Source: the human T2T-CHM13v2.0 reference genome, Homo sapiens. Taken from it: DNA of 64,000 nucleotides. The first letter of the stretch is position 1, and every line of letters begins with the position of its first letter. Below, piece by piece: positions 1 through 12,861 of this stretch. The notes below the pieces were generated by a model, which had not been told where the DNA came from, made no database searches, and saw only the letters and a program-made list of their open reading frames with translations. The stretch lies in NCBI RefSeq assembly GCF_009914755.1, contig NC_060928.1; one strand, 5' to 3'. The position numbers were made by a program, and so were the translations under genes.

Positions 1-1346
1 TATTATCCCAAAACTCATTCATGATGAACACCTAAAAATATAATGCCTATAACTTTATTTTTTAATTACTTAAAAAATATAATATCTCTATTTAGATTAT
101 ACATTTAAAGATTCAATGAATTTCTTTATGTATGATAAGCCTATACTGAAAAGAATTGAGGCATAAAGTTTTGTCTTTCAAATGTAATAAATTACCTTAC
201 ACCCAATGAATCAATGTGGCTATTGCTTTAAGCAGTTTTCTAGCAATAGTGAAAATAATCTACCACCTGTTATGTAACATGTTAGATTATTTTTTAATTT
301 AATGCATTTAAATTTAAAATTTGATGCATAAATTTATTATAATAGTGATACTATCCCTATTATAAATGGTGTGCTATAACTGCAAACAGTTCTAGACCTA
401 TGCATTATTATTTGTCCCTGAGTTTCTATACCAATCTTATTTTAACTTTAAAACATATTTAGTATCCTAAATCATTGTAATTTACCTTTATATTTTACAT
501 TTCTTATGTGCTAAATACCAAATTTACTTCATGACCAAATCTCTCTTCACAGTGCCATTTGAAACTGTTGGATAATTAAATGGTACTTGCCTCTTGGTAT
601 ACAAAGTTAACAATTTAAAAACTAAGTCTCATAAAATTAAAAAATTAAAACATTTTGTAATTTGAAAGTTTCCCTAGTCACACTCTATGTATTAGAGATA
701 AAGAAAAAAATCTTCCATTGCCTTCCAAAACCTAATCTATGTATTTATATTATTGGTGGTTTTATAATTAATTTAAACTAAATTTGGATTGTCAATGAAC
801 ACTATTTTGTATTTTACCTTATGGTTTGCTTTATTATCCACAAAAATTGTTTACAATACTTGAATGAATATTTGTGTTCACAAACAGACTATTCTGAACA
901 ACAAAGAAATGGTATTGCAGAAAGAAAAAAAGCATGAATGTGCAAACACAAAAAGATTAGAAAAGGAAAGATATCAGAAAGAAAGATCTCTGAATGGTGT
1001 ATAGAGGCACAAAATAGTGACAAGAATAAGCTGAAAGCTTACAATCTGCAGATCTAAAAGCCAAGAAGCAAGTCAGTCTGTGCCAGAGAGCTGAGGATTA
1101 AAAATACTAGGTCTTCCTGAACACGAGAGTTTGGGCATGGATTTGTTAAAAGTCTTTACAAAAGAAGAGTTTAAATCTAGATCCATTATGACAACTGGAG
1201 TTGACATCCTTTCCTTCTCCTGGAAGAAGATAGTAAATATATTGTCTGCAAGTGTGCATAAGAGACCTCTTAGATTCAGGCAATATCTGCCTAGCTGATG
1301 GTTAGGGTCCCATATTGAAAACTGAAGAATTAACTAAATGTTAATT

Positions 1347-1400
1347 TGAGTCCTCCAACTACATTTAACAATGAGTCCTCCGACTACATTTAACACTGAG
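1347..1400. repeat. 25-bp tandem duplication (about 2.2 copies)
   Basis: TGAGTCCTCCAACTACATTTAACAA (1347-1371) then TGAGTCCTCCGACTACATTTAACAC (1372-1396) then TGAG. Confidence 0.9.
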
Positions 1401-2227
1401 AATGCTGCCTGGAATGTTGATGGCTGCTGCTTCCTCATGTTCCTCAGGTTGGAGATTGAAAGCTTCTTTTCTGAAGTAACTAACCAGCTCAAAATAAAGA
1501 CCTATAAATACTAACAGTAAGAATTTCTCCAATGAAATGACTAGACCTTGTCAAAAAACAGTAAAGTCTAACATACAACCAAGTGCCTCTCAGAGCCTAG
1601 AATTTATAATCAGCTTTTCAGTGCTTTACTCTTAAGTATGATTAGGCAACCAAGGATTGCCAGGTATTTGAAGAAAGAGTCTATAATGATGATTTATTAA
1701 AGAAGATTATTATCTCATATAAGGCGGGGATGGGGATGTTTAAAGAGAGTGGATGAGACATTAAATAATTCTTTATTTAACATAAGAGTGAATTTACCTG
1801 ATAAATTTGCTAATATCCCAAGCTTTGTTAATAGTTATTTTAGTGTTTACTAGCTGAATTTACTAATATTCCTAGCATTGTTAACAATTACTTTCAATTG
1901 CTGATGAAGAATTTGTAGTGCTATCCAAATTGAATGATTTATTCTCTAGAAAAACCCACCTACTGAGCAGTAAGTTGGAATAGTTTATTTATGATTGTCA
2001 TTGAGATACTTTACATATTATTAATGAATATTTTCTATATTGTTATAGTTTAATTAAATTATACTCTCCAAATAAAAAATTAAACTATAATATTTGTCTT
2101 ATATTCACTATAGCTATAGGTCTTATAAATATTCAGTATTTTCAGTGATATTTATTCATTTACTCCTCATTAATAAAAAACCCAATTTTCTCCACATATA
2201 TACTGTGCATCATAGAAAAGTCATAGG

Positions 2228-2663
2228 TGTTGTGTGTTGAATTGTATCTTCCAAGAAGATATACATAAATCCTTACTTCTAGTACTTGTGACTATGACCT
2301 AGTTGGAAAATAGGGCCCTAGAATGAGGTCATACTAGATTAGGGTAAGCCCCTAAATCCAATGACTGGTGTCCTCATTAGAAAGAAATATAGAGAAACAA
2401 CATACACAGAGAACGCCATGTGTCGATAGAGGCAGAGATTGGAGTGATGTTTCTACATGCCAAGGAGCAATAAGGACTACTGGCAACTACCACAAGCTAG
2501 GAGGAGGCAAAAACAAACCTTTAGAGCCTTCAGAAAGAGGATTGACCTAATCTCAGCTTGATTTTGAACTTCTAATGTCCATAAGTGTGATATCATAAAT
2601 TTCTACCATTTTAAGTAACCCTCTTTGTGGTACTTTTTATGATATCCCTAGGAAACGAATACA
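2228..2663 (+). mobile_element. MaLR solo LTR, MLT1B/MLT1C-like
   Basis: TGTTGTG..TTGAATTG start, CCTAAATCCAATGACTGGTGTCCT and GAGGCAGAGATTGGAGTGATG motifs, GGAAACGAATACA end; near-perfect 5-bp TSD ATAGG/GTAGG. Confidence 0.85.
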
Positions 2664-2974
2664 GTAGGCTTTCATAACTTTGGTTTGCATCAGTTGGTTT
2701 ATTCTGAATTCCATCTCAGTGTCAAAAACTGTGAATGTGTCCCTTGCCCGAGTGAGTCTGAGTCTGAAATATAATTTTTAGGTCCACCATTGCCCTAACA
2801 ACTTTTCCTTTCCACTGTTCTATTACCCAATCCCATGCTTTAAGTGTTTTTTCTTTTATTTTTTCATCAGCATTGGAGGATTACAGAGATTTGTACTTGG
2901 GAGTGGGATTTAGTACATCATTCCTATACATTATTCAGAGTATTTGTTTTCAATAATTTAAAGGGATTTTGCAA

Positions 2975-3150
2975 GGAAGCATTGTACCTAAAACCAAAGA
3001 TTCTGGAATTGTAATGCTTTCGTGTGTATTACTGCCCTGATAATTACTAGCTGTGCAATTTACCTAATGCTTCTAATCTCAGTTTTATCTTCTGTAAAAT
3101 AAACATAATAACAGTAACTATTCCATAAAGTTATGAGACTCATATGACTT
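2975..3150 (+). mobile_element. MIR SINE fragment
   Basis: TTACTAGCTGTG...CTCAGTTTTATCTTCTGTAAAAT...ATAATAACAGTA resembles the MIR core; boundaries approximate. Confidence 0.6.
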
Positions 3151-4906
3151 TATAACTGAAGTGAACAACCTTGAAAAAAACTTCAAAGAGCCCCAAGATA
3201 CACAATCAGTTAATAAAATTTAGTTTTATTTTTAAAAAAGGCACTTTCATTTCTTCAGATGTCTCTCTTTTACATTAAGTGACATACAAACATGTTGGCA
3301 TTTATTTTATGATGTAATAAATAAATTAGGGAAAACTATTTAGTAATGAAACCTTTTTAAGGTTGCACTATAGTGAGGTTTCTAATTTTAAAATAACAGG
3401 CAAATAAATCCCATTACAGTTCTTGGTAATTTTTTAAAATAAAATTTATATTTAAATAAGAGGCCTTGATAGATATGCCTTTTATAGTAATTCAAGAAAT
3501 CATTGATAATTTGGAGCCCATTTAATGACCTATGGTGGATTAAATAATAAAGTTGGAGAAGTTTACTCTGAAATAGTAAATGTAACCCAGCTCTCTATCT
3601 CACAAAATGTTCTTGTCACTAGAAGAACAAAAAGAAACTGAAATATTTCAGAAAATTCATTTCTGTTGCTTATCATGTACTTAAATAATAAAGATATAGA
3701 TCTTTTTCATTTCACCAATTTTGTACTTTGTTCAGTGAACCACAATGTTTCTGATACATTAATAGTTATAGATTATTTATTACATTTCTCAAATGGGCTG
3801 TCTCAAATATGACTGGGCACTTTGATATCAATTTCAAGTTTAAATTTACAAGATTAAATCTGTAATTTCTCCAAGTAGAAGAAATTTGAGTACATTATAC
3901 TAATATGAATTTTAAAGGTGAGAATATTACAAGTGTATAAAATTTAATTTAGATAAATGGACTCAGCCTGGCAGAAGTATTCCCAAGAAGAAAAGTAAAT
4001 TAAATGTTTTAAATAGCATGAAAGCTAGGATTAGTAGCATGAATTATGTTTCTAAGTATTATTAAAATTATTATTGTCATTTAAGCATGATCTACGTATT
4101 ACATGTATAATTAACAGAAAAAATAAAATGTAAAGAGCTCAGTTATTTTTAAATGGAAAGATAACTGACTGAACAATATGTTTCTATCTCACAAGCCTTG
4201 ATTCCAGAGTAAATTTGTGAGACTATTTTAAAACAATTTTATTTAAACAATATTTTAGAGTAAAAATAGTGTTTTATTTAAATTACTTTGATTGTTTAGT
4301 AGACATTTTCATAATCTATTATGTGCCTGATTGAAATAATCAAGTATAATTAAGACAATGCAGTGTATTCATAAACATTTTAACAGTTGTAAAACTCTGA
4401 AAGATATATTTTCTTTGTTAAATGTAGGAGTACAAGAGGATCAATTATGCAAACTATAGATTTGAATGTAATAAATCTGATTTAATGACAAGCAAGGTAG
4501 GAGGAAGAAAATTAGTCCCTTCATTTACATGTATATATTTTATTGCAAAAATTAAACTTAGCTAAAATAGCAGTTGAACAGTATCTGCTCTTTGAAAAAT
4601 AGTAAATGTAATTAGCCTAGAACAGTATAAGACACAATAATGCCTAATCTCCATCTCTCTTTAAGAGCAAGAAAGACTAGTCAACTTAACTTTTTATGAA
4701 CACAGTTTTATTCTAGTAGTAATGTAATTTTATACTTTAATTGTAATCTACAGCTTTGAGAGGGATTTGACTTTCAAGCAGTATCACATTTAATGCAATA
4801 CAATGAAGATAATTAAACCGAGATTTAGAAGTATCAGAGTAAATTTTCAGAACAATTGAATATCAATATAGACCTTAGACTATTGGTTCAATATTCTTTC
4901 CAACAT

Positions 4907-6954
4907 TATGTTAGGCCATTCTTGCATTGCTATAAAGAAATACCTGAGATTGGATAATTTAAAAGGAAAGAAGCTAATTGGCTCATGGTTGTGCAGGCTG
5001 TACAGGAAGTGTGATGCTGGCATGGGCTTGGCTAGTGAAAAAGCCTCAGAAAACTTACAATCATTGCAAAGGGCAAAGGGGAAGCAGGCACTTTACATGG
5101 TCAGAGCAGGAGCAACAGAGTGGTGTAACAGGTGCTACACACATTAAACTGACCAAATCTCAGAGAACACATTCACTATCATGAGGACAGCACCAAGAGG
5201 ATGATACTAAACCATTCATGAGAAATCTGCCCTCATAATTTAATTATGTCTCACCAGACCCTAACTCTAACATTGGGAATTACATTTTGACATGAGATTT
5301 GGGCAGGGATGATATCCTAAGTATATCATTGCATCCCTGGCCCCTCCCAAATCACATGTCTCTTCCACCTATGAGCCTGTTAAAAAAAAAGAGAGAAAAA
5401 AGAGAAAAGAAAAACTTCCAATCTGGAGGACAGTGGCCCTCTTCTCACAGCTCCATTAGGCAGTGCACCAGTGAAGACTCTGTATGGGGGCTCTAACCCC
5501 ATATTTTCTTTATACACTGCACTAGCAGAGGTTTTCTGTGAGGACTCTACCCCTGAAACAGGTTTCTGCCTGGACACCCAGGCTTTTTGATGCATCCTCT
5601 CAAATCTACACATAGGCTTCCCAGCTTCATTCACTCTTGCATTCTGTGCACATGCAGACTTAACACCATACCTTGTAGAAGCTGCCAAGGCTTACGGCTT
5701 GCACCCTCTGGAGCTGTGGCTCAAGCTGTGCCTGGGCCCTTTGAGCCACAGCTGAAGCTGGAAGATAGGGATGCAGGGAGCCATGATCCCAGACTGCACT
5801 GAGCAGCAGGACCTTGGGCCTAGCCCAGGAGACCATTGTGTCCTCATAGGCCTCAAGGCCTGTGAAGAGAGGGGCTGCCTCTTAAATCTCTGAAAACAAC
5901 CTTTAAGGCAGTTTTCCCATTGTCTCAGCTATTAGCACTTGTCTTCTTATTTTTATGTGAATTTCTTTAGCAAGTTGTTCAGCAGCCTTGTTGAATTCTT
6001 TTTTTTATTTAACCACATAACCAGCCAGCAAATTTTTCAAACTTTTATGTTCTGCTTCCCTTTTAAATATAAACTCCAGCTTTAAGTAAGTTATTTTCTC
6101 TTTTATATGTGTAGGTTGTCAGAAACTGCCAGGCCACGTCTTGAACGTTTTGCGGCTTAGAAATTTCTTCTACCAGATACCCTAAATTATCACTCTCAAG
6201 TGCAAATTTCCACATAGCCCTACGGCATGGACACAGTCCATCCAAGCTCTTGGCTAAGGCATTATACATGTGACATTTGTTCCAGTTCCCAATACATTCC
6301 TCATTTTCATCTGAGACCTCATCGGACTAGATTTTACTGTTCATATCATTATCACCATTTTGGTCGCAATCATTTAACCAGTCTCTAAGAAGTTTCAAAC
6401 TTTACCTCATCTTCTTGTCTTATCTGCACCCTTCACACTCTTCCAATCTGTTCCTGTTACTGACTTTCAAAGCTGCTTCCGCATTTTCAGGTATCTTTAT
6501 AGCAATGACCCACTCCATGGTACCAATTTTCTGTGTTAGGCTGTTCTTGCATTGCTAAAAAGGCATACCTGAGACTGGGTAATTAAAAACAAAGGAGGTT
6601 TAATTGGCTCCTAGTTCTGCAGGCTGTAAAGGGAGCATCATGCTTGTGTCTCCTTAGCTTTTGGAGAAGCCTTTGGGAAACTTACAATCATGACAGAAGA
6701 CTGAAGGGAAAGCAGGCATTTCACATGGCCAAAGTAGAAGCAAGAGAGTGATAGGGAGTGGGGACACACACTTTAAAATGACCGGATTTCAGAGAACTCA
6801 CAATCATGAGGACAGTACCAAGGGGATGATACTAAACCATTCATGAGAACTCTTCCCCCATGATCCAATGACCTCCCATCCAGGCCCCATCTGCAGCACT
6901 GGAGATTACATTTTGACATAAGATTAGGGGAGGGACAATATGCAATCTATATCA
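4907..6954 (-). mobile_element. Two-LTR MaLR provirus, MSTA-like (LTR 4907-5328, internal 5329-6531, LTR 6532-6954)
   Basis: Two homologous LTRs of about 422 bp (TATGTTAGGCCATTCTTGCATTGCT / TGTGTTAGGCTGTTCTTGCATTGCT ... TATATCA); THE1/MST-int type internal sequence; perfect TSD AACAT at 4902-4906 and 6955-6959. Confidence 0.93.
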
Positions 6955-7659
6955 AACATACTGGCTTTCAGATAAATAAGTAAGAGCAGAGGCTATTTTT
7001 GTTTATCTCAACATCTGATGTTATCAGTCATCAAAACTAGAGTTATGCTTTTAAAAAATATCTAAAATTATAGGAAATACAAATTATATTGTATGTGCTA
7101 CATATTATATTATTAATTAAATTGTTAGTGATGTCAAAGTTTTCTTTCTGTTTCTTTTCTCTTTGTGTTTACAAATAATAATGAAACACTAAATTGCCTT
7201 TAATTATTTAATCATTATTTGCTTATTTACATATTGAATAAACATTTATGAGACATGTAAATATTAACAAAAATCTTACCTCCTTTCCAAATGCAGAATA
7301 CTACAAGACTATTTTAAAGATTTGATAATTTCTTTTAGTCATGTCTATATTTAACAGATATCATGATATAATAAGCTGTTATAACTATAATAACATTTTC
7401 AGTAAACATGTTTTGAAAACTTATGCCTCAATGTTTTAATTCCCAAAATAACAATTTATTCTACAAATTTTGAAAATCTCAAGCAGACACATACACAGAA
7501 ACAGGCACCCACAGGCACAAATAAAGTAATTTATAGTCCCACACACCACAGAGTATCAACATTAGGATTTTGGTGGATACTAATTTCAGTCTTTATTTCT
7601 CTCCATTAAGAAATATAGTTCATTTTGAAGATGAAGTGATTCATGATAAGTAGCAAAAT

Positions 7660-7905
7660 TGTAATTAGAATCAGGAGCTCTTGAGCTACACAGTATTAAG
7701 CCAGCTCTTCTACTTTCTACCTTAGAAATCTGTGGACTTAACCCTGGTTTCTATTTAACATCTTTGTATTTAATTTTCTCAACTGAAAAATGGAGAAAAT
7801 AATAGAATTAATCATGCATAATTTTATAAAGAGTCAATTAATCAAAATATAGAACATACCAAGAAAAGTTCCTTACAAATAGTAATCAGAATTAACCATT
7901 ATGCT
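7660..7905 (+). mobile_element. MIR SINE, degraded
   Basis: TTTTCTCAACTGAAAAATGGAGAAAATAATAG core-like motif and MIR-like tail; boundaries approximate. Confidence 0.55.
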
Positions 7906-8253
7906 CATTAATGTATTATTTAGTAATCAGACTTTTACTTCATAGTTGACAATGATTCTCTACTTCATTTCAGTTACTGAATATAGTATTAGTGTATAAA
8001 ATAAAATTGATTAACTGAACTCACGATACTGATGCAATGGTTAGGTCATTATAGTTTAAACAGTCTTCAACTTTGAACCCCTAATCACTACGAATGCCAG
8101 CCCCATATTTTCCTATACTTGTCAATGTTTTTATTTGTTAATAATAAAAAAAAAAACCTAACTTGCGGTTCATTGTCCGAAATCATCAAGCAACAGAAAA
8201 AGTAGTGTTGTAGCCTTTGAGAGAACTATAAATTTAAAAGGCTTTGCATACTA

Positions 8254-8344
8254 TCTTCTCTCTATATCTGTCTCTTTCTCTCTCTCTCTTGCTTCTCTTC
8301 TGTCTCTGTTTCTTTTATGCTTTTATTTTCTTCTTTTTTTTTTT
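8254..8344. repeat. (CT)n and T-rich polypyrimidine low-complexity tract
   Basis: Run of CT dinucleotides followed by T-rich sequence. Confidence 0.85.
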
Positions 8345-8559
8345 AATTTCTGTTTTTTCCAAATAGTTTAAGTTTATGACCACAGTGGAAACAAAATTAG
8401 AATTAATTGTCTTCCAACACTGTATACCAAACCACGGAATATGGGAATAATGCCAAAATGCTGCCAAATTGGGTTAGTCAGTTTTTTGTATTTAAATTTT
8501 AAAGTCATAAACTTTATCCAATTTCTCTCCCTTTTTCTACACAGCGAAGTAAGCATAAC

Positions 8560-8573
8560 CTGCCATCTGGTGG
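8560..8573 (-). promoter_or_regulatory. Candidate CTCF binding site (core motif)
   Basis: CTGCCATCTGGTGG reads CCACCAGATGGCAG on the minus strand, matching CCASYAGRKGGCRS at all 14 positions; no repeat recognised here; binding not shown. Confidence 0.55.
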
Positions 8574-10589
8574 ATGTAAGGTGAATGATTTCTGGAAGAA
8601 GCAATGGATGTTTACACAAGGAGATGCTTATCAGAAACATGGAGGGAAATAAGTAAGGTGAACAAGTGCATGCTGGAATGGGGAAATTGCAAACCATATA
8701 TATTGTCAGAGGTAATGACTCTGTTTGTTGTTGCCTTGTATTGCTGCACATTACCTTTTCAAGAGAAGCTTGAAATGTAAAACATAATGAGACATCTTAT
8801 TTCGATGAAGGCATCTACTTGAAGTTACTGGAAAAAAAAAAGAATATGAATGTCAAATTCAGTCTAGGGAACACAACTTTTGCTTTCTATTCTTAAGAAG
8901 GAGACTTTCAAAATAATGTCACTAATAACAATTCTAAATGTTCCAAAATGCATTTATTGAGATGATCAAGTACCCAAAGTTGGATTTAGATCTTTACTTG
9001 TTTTTTCTTCTATCATAGTGTAATGTTGTCAAGATTTTAAATCTCATGTCTTTCATACAAACTTACAACCTAATATCTGCTTTACCGATTTTAAGGGTAG
9101 ATTGGAATAATGCATATAGAGCACCTAAACAGGATGTCGATATACATCAGTATATATTCCTAACACGTAATTTCCCTAAAAAATGTGTCACAAAACATGA
9201 TGTTTTAAAAAAAGGAAGAAAACTTGGGACATTATTGTCTCTTAAATATTTTTTAATATGTTAAAATCAAAAATATAATTATATAAAAAGTAATACCTAC
9301 CAATTGATAATTCTGAAAAAACAATATTTGTAAAGCTTCTAGGAAGCAACAAAGTCTAATTACAATTAAACAATGGTATAATCAACATGGGCACTTCAGT
9401 ATGACTCTCAAGCAGTACAAAAGATAAAAATGAAACATAAAAAATAAAAAATGATAAATGTTGACCTGATAATTCGTGATAATTTTTTTTTGAGCACAAT
9501 TGAAAACCAATGCTTTGGTATAAATTCATTTGAAATCTTTAATTCTGCATTTCTAGTTTAATAAAACCAGCCATGTTTGATTCCAAACACTCTGCAAATT
9601 TTAAGAGAAACTTTGCAGAGCAAATCAACATCATAAGCATTATGGCAACCACAATATTTGTTAAACTAGGTTCAGGGGGAGCATTTATTCCTTTGGTTAT
9701 TTCAACTAAACTGCATTTCTGCCTCGAAAGTGTTTCATGAGACTCCAGTGGATGAGGAGCAGTTGTGATTCATTTTAGTACCAGAATATTCCAGAATAAT
9801 TAGCTTTTAGTGAAGAGCTGCCATCATGAGCCAAGTTTTAAAATATGCTGTTTTCCTCAGTTTTGTGCCCATGAAGGGATACTTTGAAAGTACATTAGAT
9901 TGGCATGTACTGCTACTAAAATGTAATTTTCCATTTATTAGTCAGGAAAGGATCTTTTTATAATATAATATAGATAACAGCACAGCCCTAGACAGATTTT
10001 TTTCCCATATCCTTGTCCACTACAGAGCTATTAAACCATGCATTATACATATGACATTTTAAAAAAATGACATTATTAGGGTTTTAAAATTAGTTATCTA
10101 AAATTCATTTATAATATTTTATTATGGCTTTAAATTAATGATAGAGAAATTCCATGGCCAAAGTCATGACCGTGACATTGACATGCCAGAAATAATTAAA
10201 TATACCATATATGGGCACAAAAACAAACAAACATGCAAGCGAAGTTGAGATCTTAATTTAAAACAAATTATCAAGTTACATCCTCAATCTGGGGGAGTAC
10301 CTATATGAAAGGACTGGGTACATGAGTAATATGTAGTGATTTAATTCAAAAAAAGTAGAGATACATTTTTTTGAAAATGTAAAAAGATCATAAAAAAGTA
10401 ATCAATATGCACTTCCAAAATGCTGCATTTACATTATTTGTTTTTAATGCCTTGATTTTATGATTGCTTAATAGTGTGAATGCGTCTCAAGATTCATTTT
10501 ATTTAATAAGCTCAAGAATTAGACCTGGGTGGAGAAATAGATTCAATGGTAATAATTTATTTAAATTGAAGAAGAACAAACAATAAAAA

Positions 10590-11900
10590 TTTACAAAACA
10601 ATATGATAACTATTGTGGTAGAGATATTCCCAGGATATGGATATGTGGGAGTTCAGAGAAACAAAACAAACAAATTGGTAAGAATAGTAGTAGAAGAAAT
10701 TATTTTTCTGGTAGAGTTAATAATCAAGCTACATTTCGAAAGAATAAAAAAGTTTTATTGACATAGATAAGAGTTAGTCTTCTCATTGCCTACCAAAATA
10801 CAAGACACCTAATAGTTCTTAATAATTGGTGGAAGAATGAATTGCTGGTACAATAACAACATTTACAAAGGCTATGAACAAGACACCATAGCTCACTTAA
10901 GAAATTACAGGTATTTTGGCAGGACTGATAAATTTAGGATAAAACACCAGGGACAAAGGATGAACCTGATAAACAATTAAGAAAAAGCGTTACATATTCC
11001 ATGAAGAGAAGTGGTTTACATGCTGATGATAGCACAGATAATCTGGTTTGGCTCTGTGTCCCCACCCAAATCTTATCTCAAATTGTAATCCCCAGGTGTC
11101 AAGGGAGGGACCTGTAACACCCACATGTCCAGGGAGTGAGGTGATTAGATCATGGGAGCAGTTTTCCCCATGCTGTTCTCGTGATAGTGAATTCTCACAA
11201 AATCTGATGGTTTTATAAGTGTCTGGTATTTTCCCTGCTTGCACGTCTCTCTCTTGCTGCCATGTGAAAAAGGTCTTTGGTTCCTCTTCACCTTTCACCA
11301 TGATTGCAAGTTTCCTGAGGCCTTCCCAGTCCTGTGGAACTGTGTCAGCTAAACCTAATTTCTTTATAAATTACCCACTCTTGGATGATTTTTTTGGTGT
11401 CTTTATATAAGTGTGAGAAAGGACTAATAAAACAGATTACTAAAATAAGTAAATGCTTACATTTTTATAAATAATACACATTAGCAGTATTGAGGTTGGC
11501 CTGAGGCAGACAAGTCTGGAGATTGATACCAATTAAAAGACTTCCAGTAGGGTTTATATAATGTTATGAAATTTTAATGTATTGGTAGTAGGAGTAAAGA
11601 GATGGATTATACAATATTAAATCAATAAGACTCGATGAGTAGGTGGATATAGAAGTAAGAGAAAAGGCTACTAGAATGACTTCTGTTTTTGAATCTGTAT
11701 CAATTGGGAGACTGGAGCTTTCAACATAGAAAAACAATTCTAGATCAGTATCAAGGCTGCGGGTAAGAAGATTCAATACTAAAAATATTAAATTTAAAAT
11801 TCCTGTCCAAAACTCAGAAGAATGTCTAAATTGTGTATTCAATGACTGTTGTGTGAGAAGAGTTATGCTAACTATTGAGAAACTTTAGGTTTTTTAAGGG
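10590..11900 (-). mobile_element. L2 LINE remnants, interrupted by THE1D
   Basis: Purine-rich decayed L2-antisense-like sequence (e.g. GGATATAGAAGTAAGAGAAAAGG...GAATGACTTCTG); boundaries approximate. Confidence 0.45.
11039..11431 (+). mobile_element. THE1D-like solo LTR (MaLR)
   Basis: TGGTTTGGCTCTGTGTCCCCACCCAAATCT start, GGACTAATAAA end; perfect TSD ACAGA at 11034-11038 and 11432-11436. Confidence 0.92.
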
Positions 11901-12116
11901 CAGATAGATGCTAATAAATTCAAACATGTATACACATATCATTGCTAAATATATAATATGAGAGAAACAGAAATCTTCAATATGCCTTCTTTGTCATGGA
12001 TGCACACTTTCACAGAGATAAAAATGCCACATGGAGAAGGAATGTATCTGGTTTCCTGAGTGATCACATATACTTTGTGTGATGCAATCAGAAAGTGCAA
12101 GGCAACAGAGTAAGCA

Positions 12117-12541
12117 TATCTTACTCTATTTTTGCATTACGATAAAGAAATACCTGTGGCTGGATAATTTATAAGAAAAGAGGTTTAATTGGCTTATGGT
12201 TCTGCAGGCTATATAGGAAGCATAGTGCCAGCATCTGCTCAGCTTCTGCTGAGACCTCAGGGAAATTTTACTCATGACAGAAGGTGAAGCGTGAACAAGT
12301 ACCTCAGACGGTGAGTGAGAGAGCAAGAGAGAGAAAGGGGATGTCTCAGACTCATTTAAACAACCAGATTTATTGTGAACTAATTGAGTTAGAACTCACT
12401 TATCACCAAGGGGATGGTGCTAAGCCATTAGTGAAGGATGTGCCCCTCTGAACTAATCACCTTCCACCAGGCACCACTTTCAACATTGAGGATTATATTT
12501 TAACATGAGATTTGGTAGGGACAAACATCCAAACTACATCA
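12117..12541 (-). mobile_element. MSTB-like solo LTR (MaLR)
   Basis: GATAATTTATAAGAAAAGAGGTTTAATTGGCT...ATCACCAAGGGGATGGTGCTAAGCCATT...GGACAAACATCCAAACTACATCA. Confidence 0.88.
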
Positions 12542-12861
12542 TAACTTTCTGTGGAAAAAAAAATTTCTTGATCTATGGCAATTAAACACTTAAGTAAGAA
12601 TAATAAATCTCATTTGAGTTCATCTTTCTTGTATGGTCCTACAGGTTGCTCCTTTTTGGTAACTTGTTAAAACTCGTCTCAAAAAAGAGAGAGTATATTG
12701 ACATTGACTGAAAATAAACTAAAATAGAGTTTCCAAGAAGGTCCCTTGGCGAGTATTAGAAAGTGATTATTAGGTTGGCCTAAGGTCTAAGACTACAGCT
12801 CTAGTTCAGTATAGTTATTACATTAATTTTATCTATGTAAATTAAATAATAATTTATAATA

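Noticed and set aside
4908-6269. ORFs within the MST provirus
   Set aside because: Short frames in LTR and decayed internal sequence; no intact gag-like ORF.
8374-8751. 125-aa minus-strand ORF in unique DNA
   Set aside because: No recognisable domain, composition typical of AT-rich non-coding translation, and no promoter or exon context.
9500-9950. TE-free stretch that might be a conserved enhancer
   Set aside because: Conservation cannot be seen from one sequence and no distinctive motif cluster was evident.
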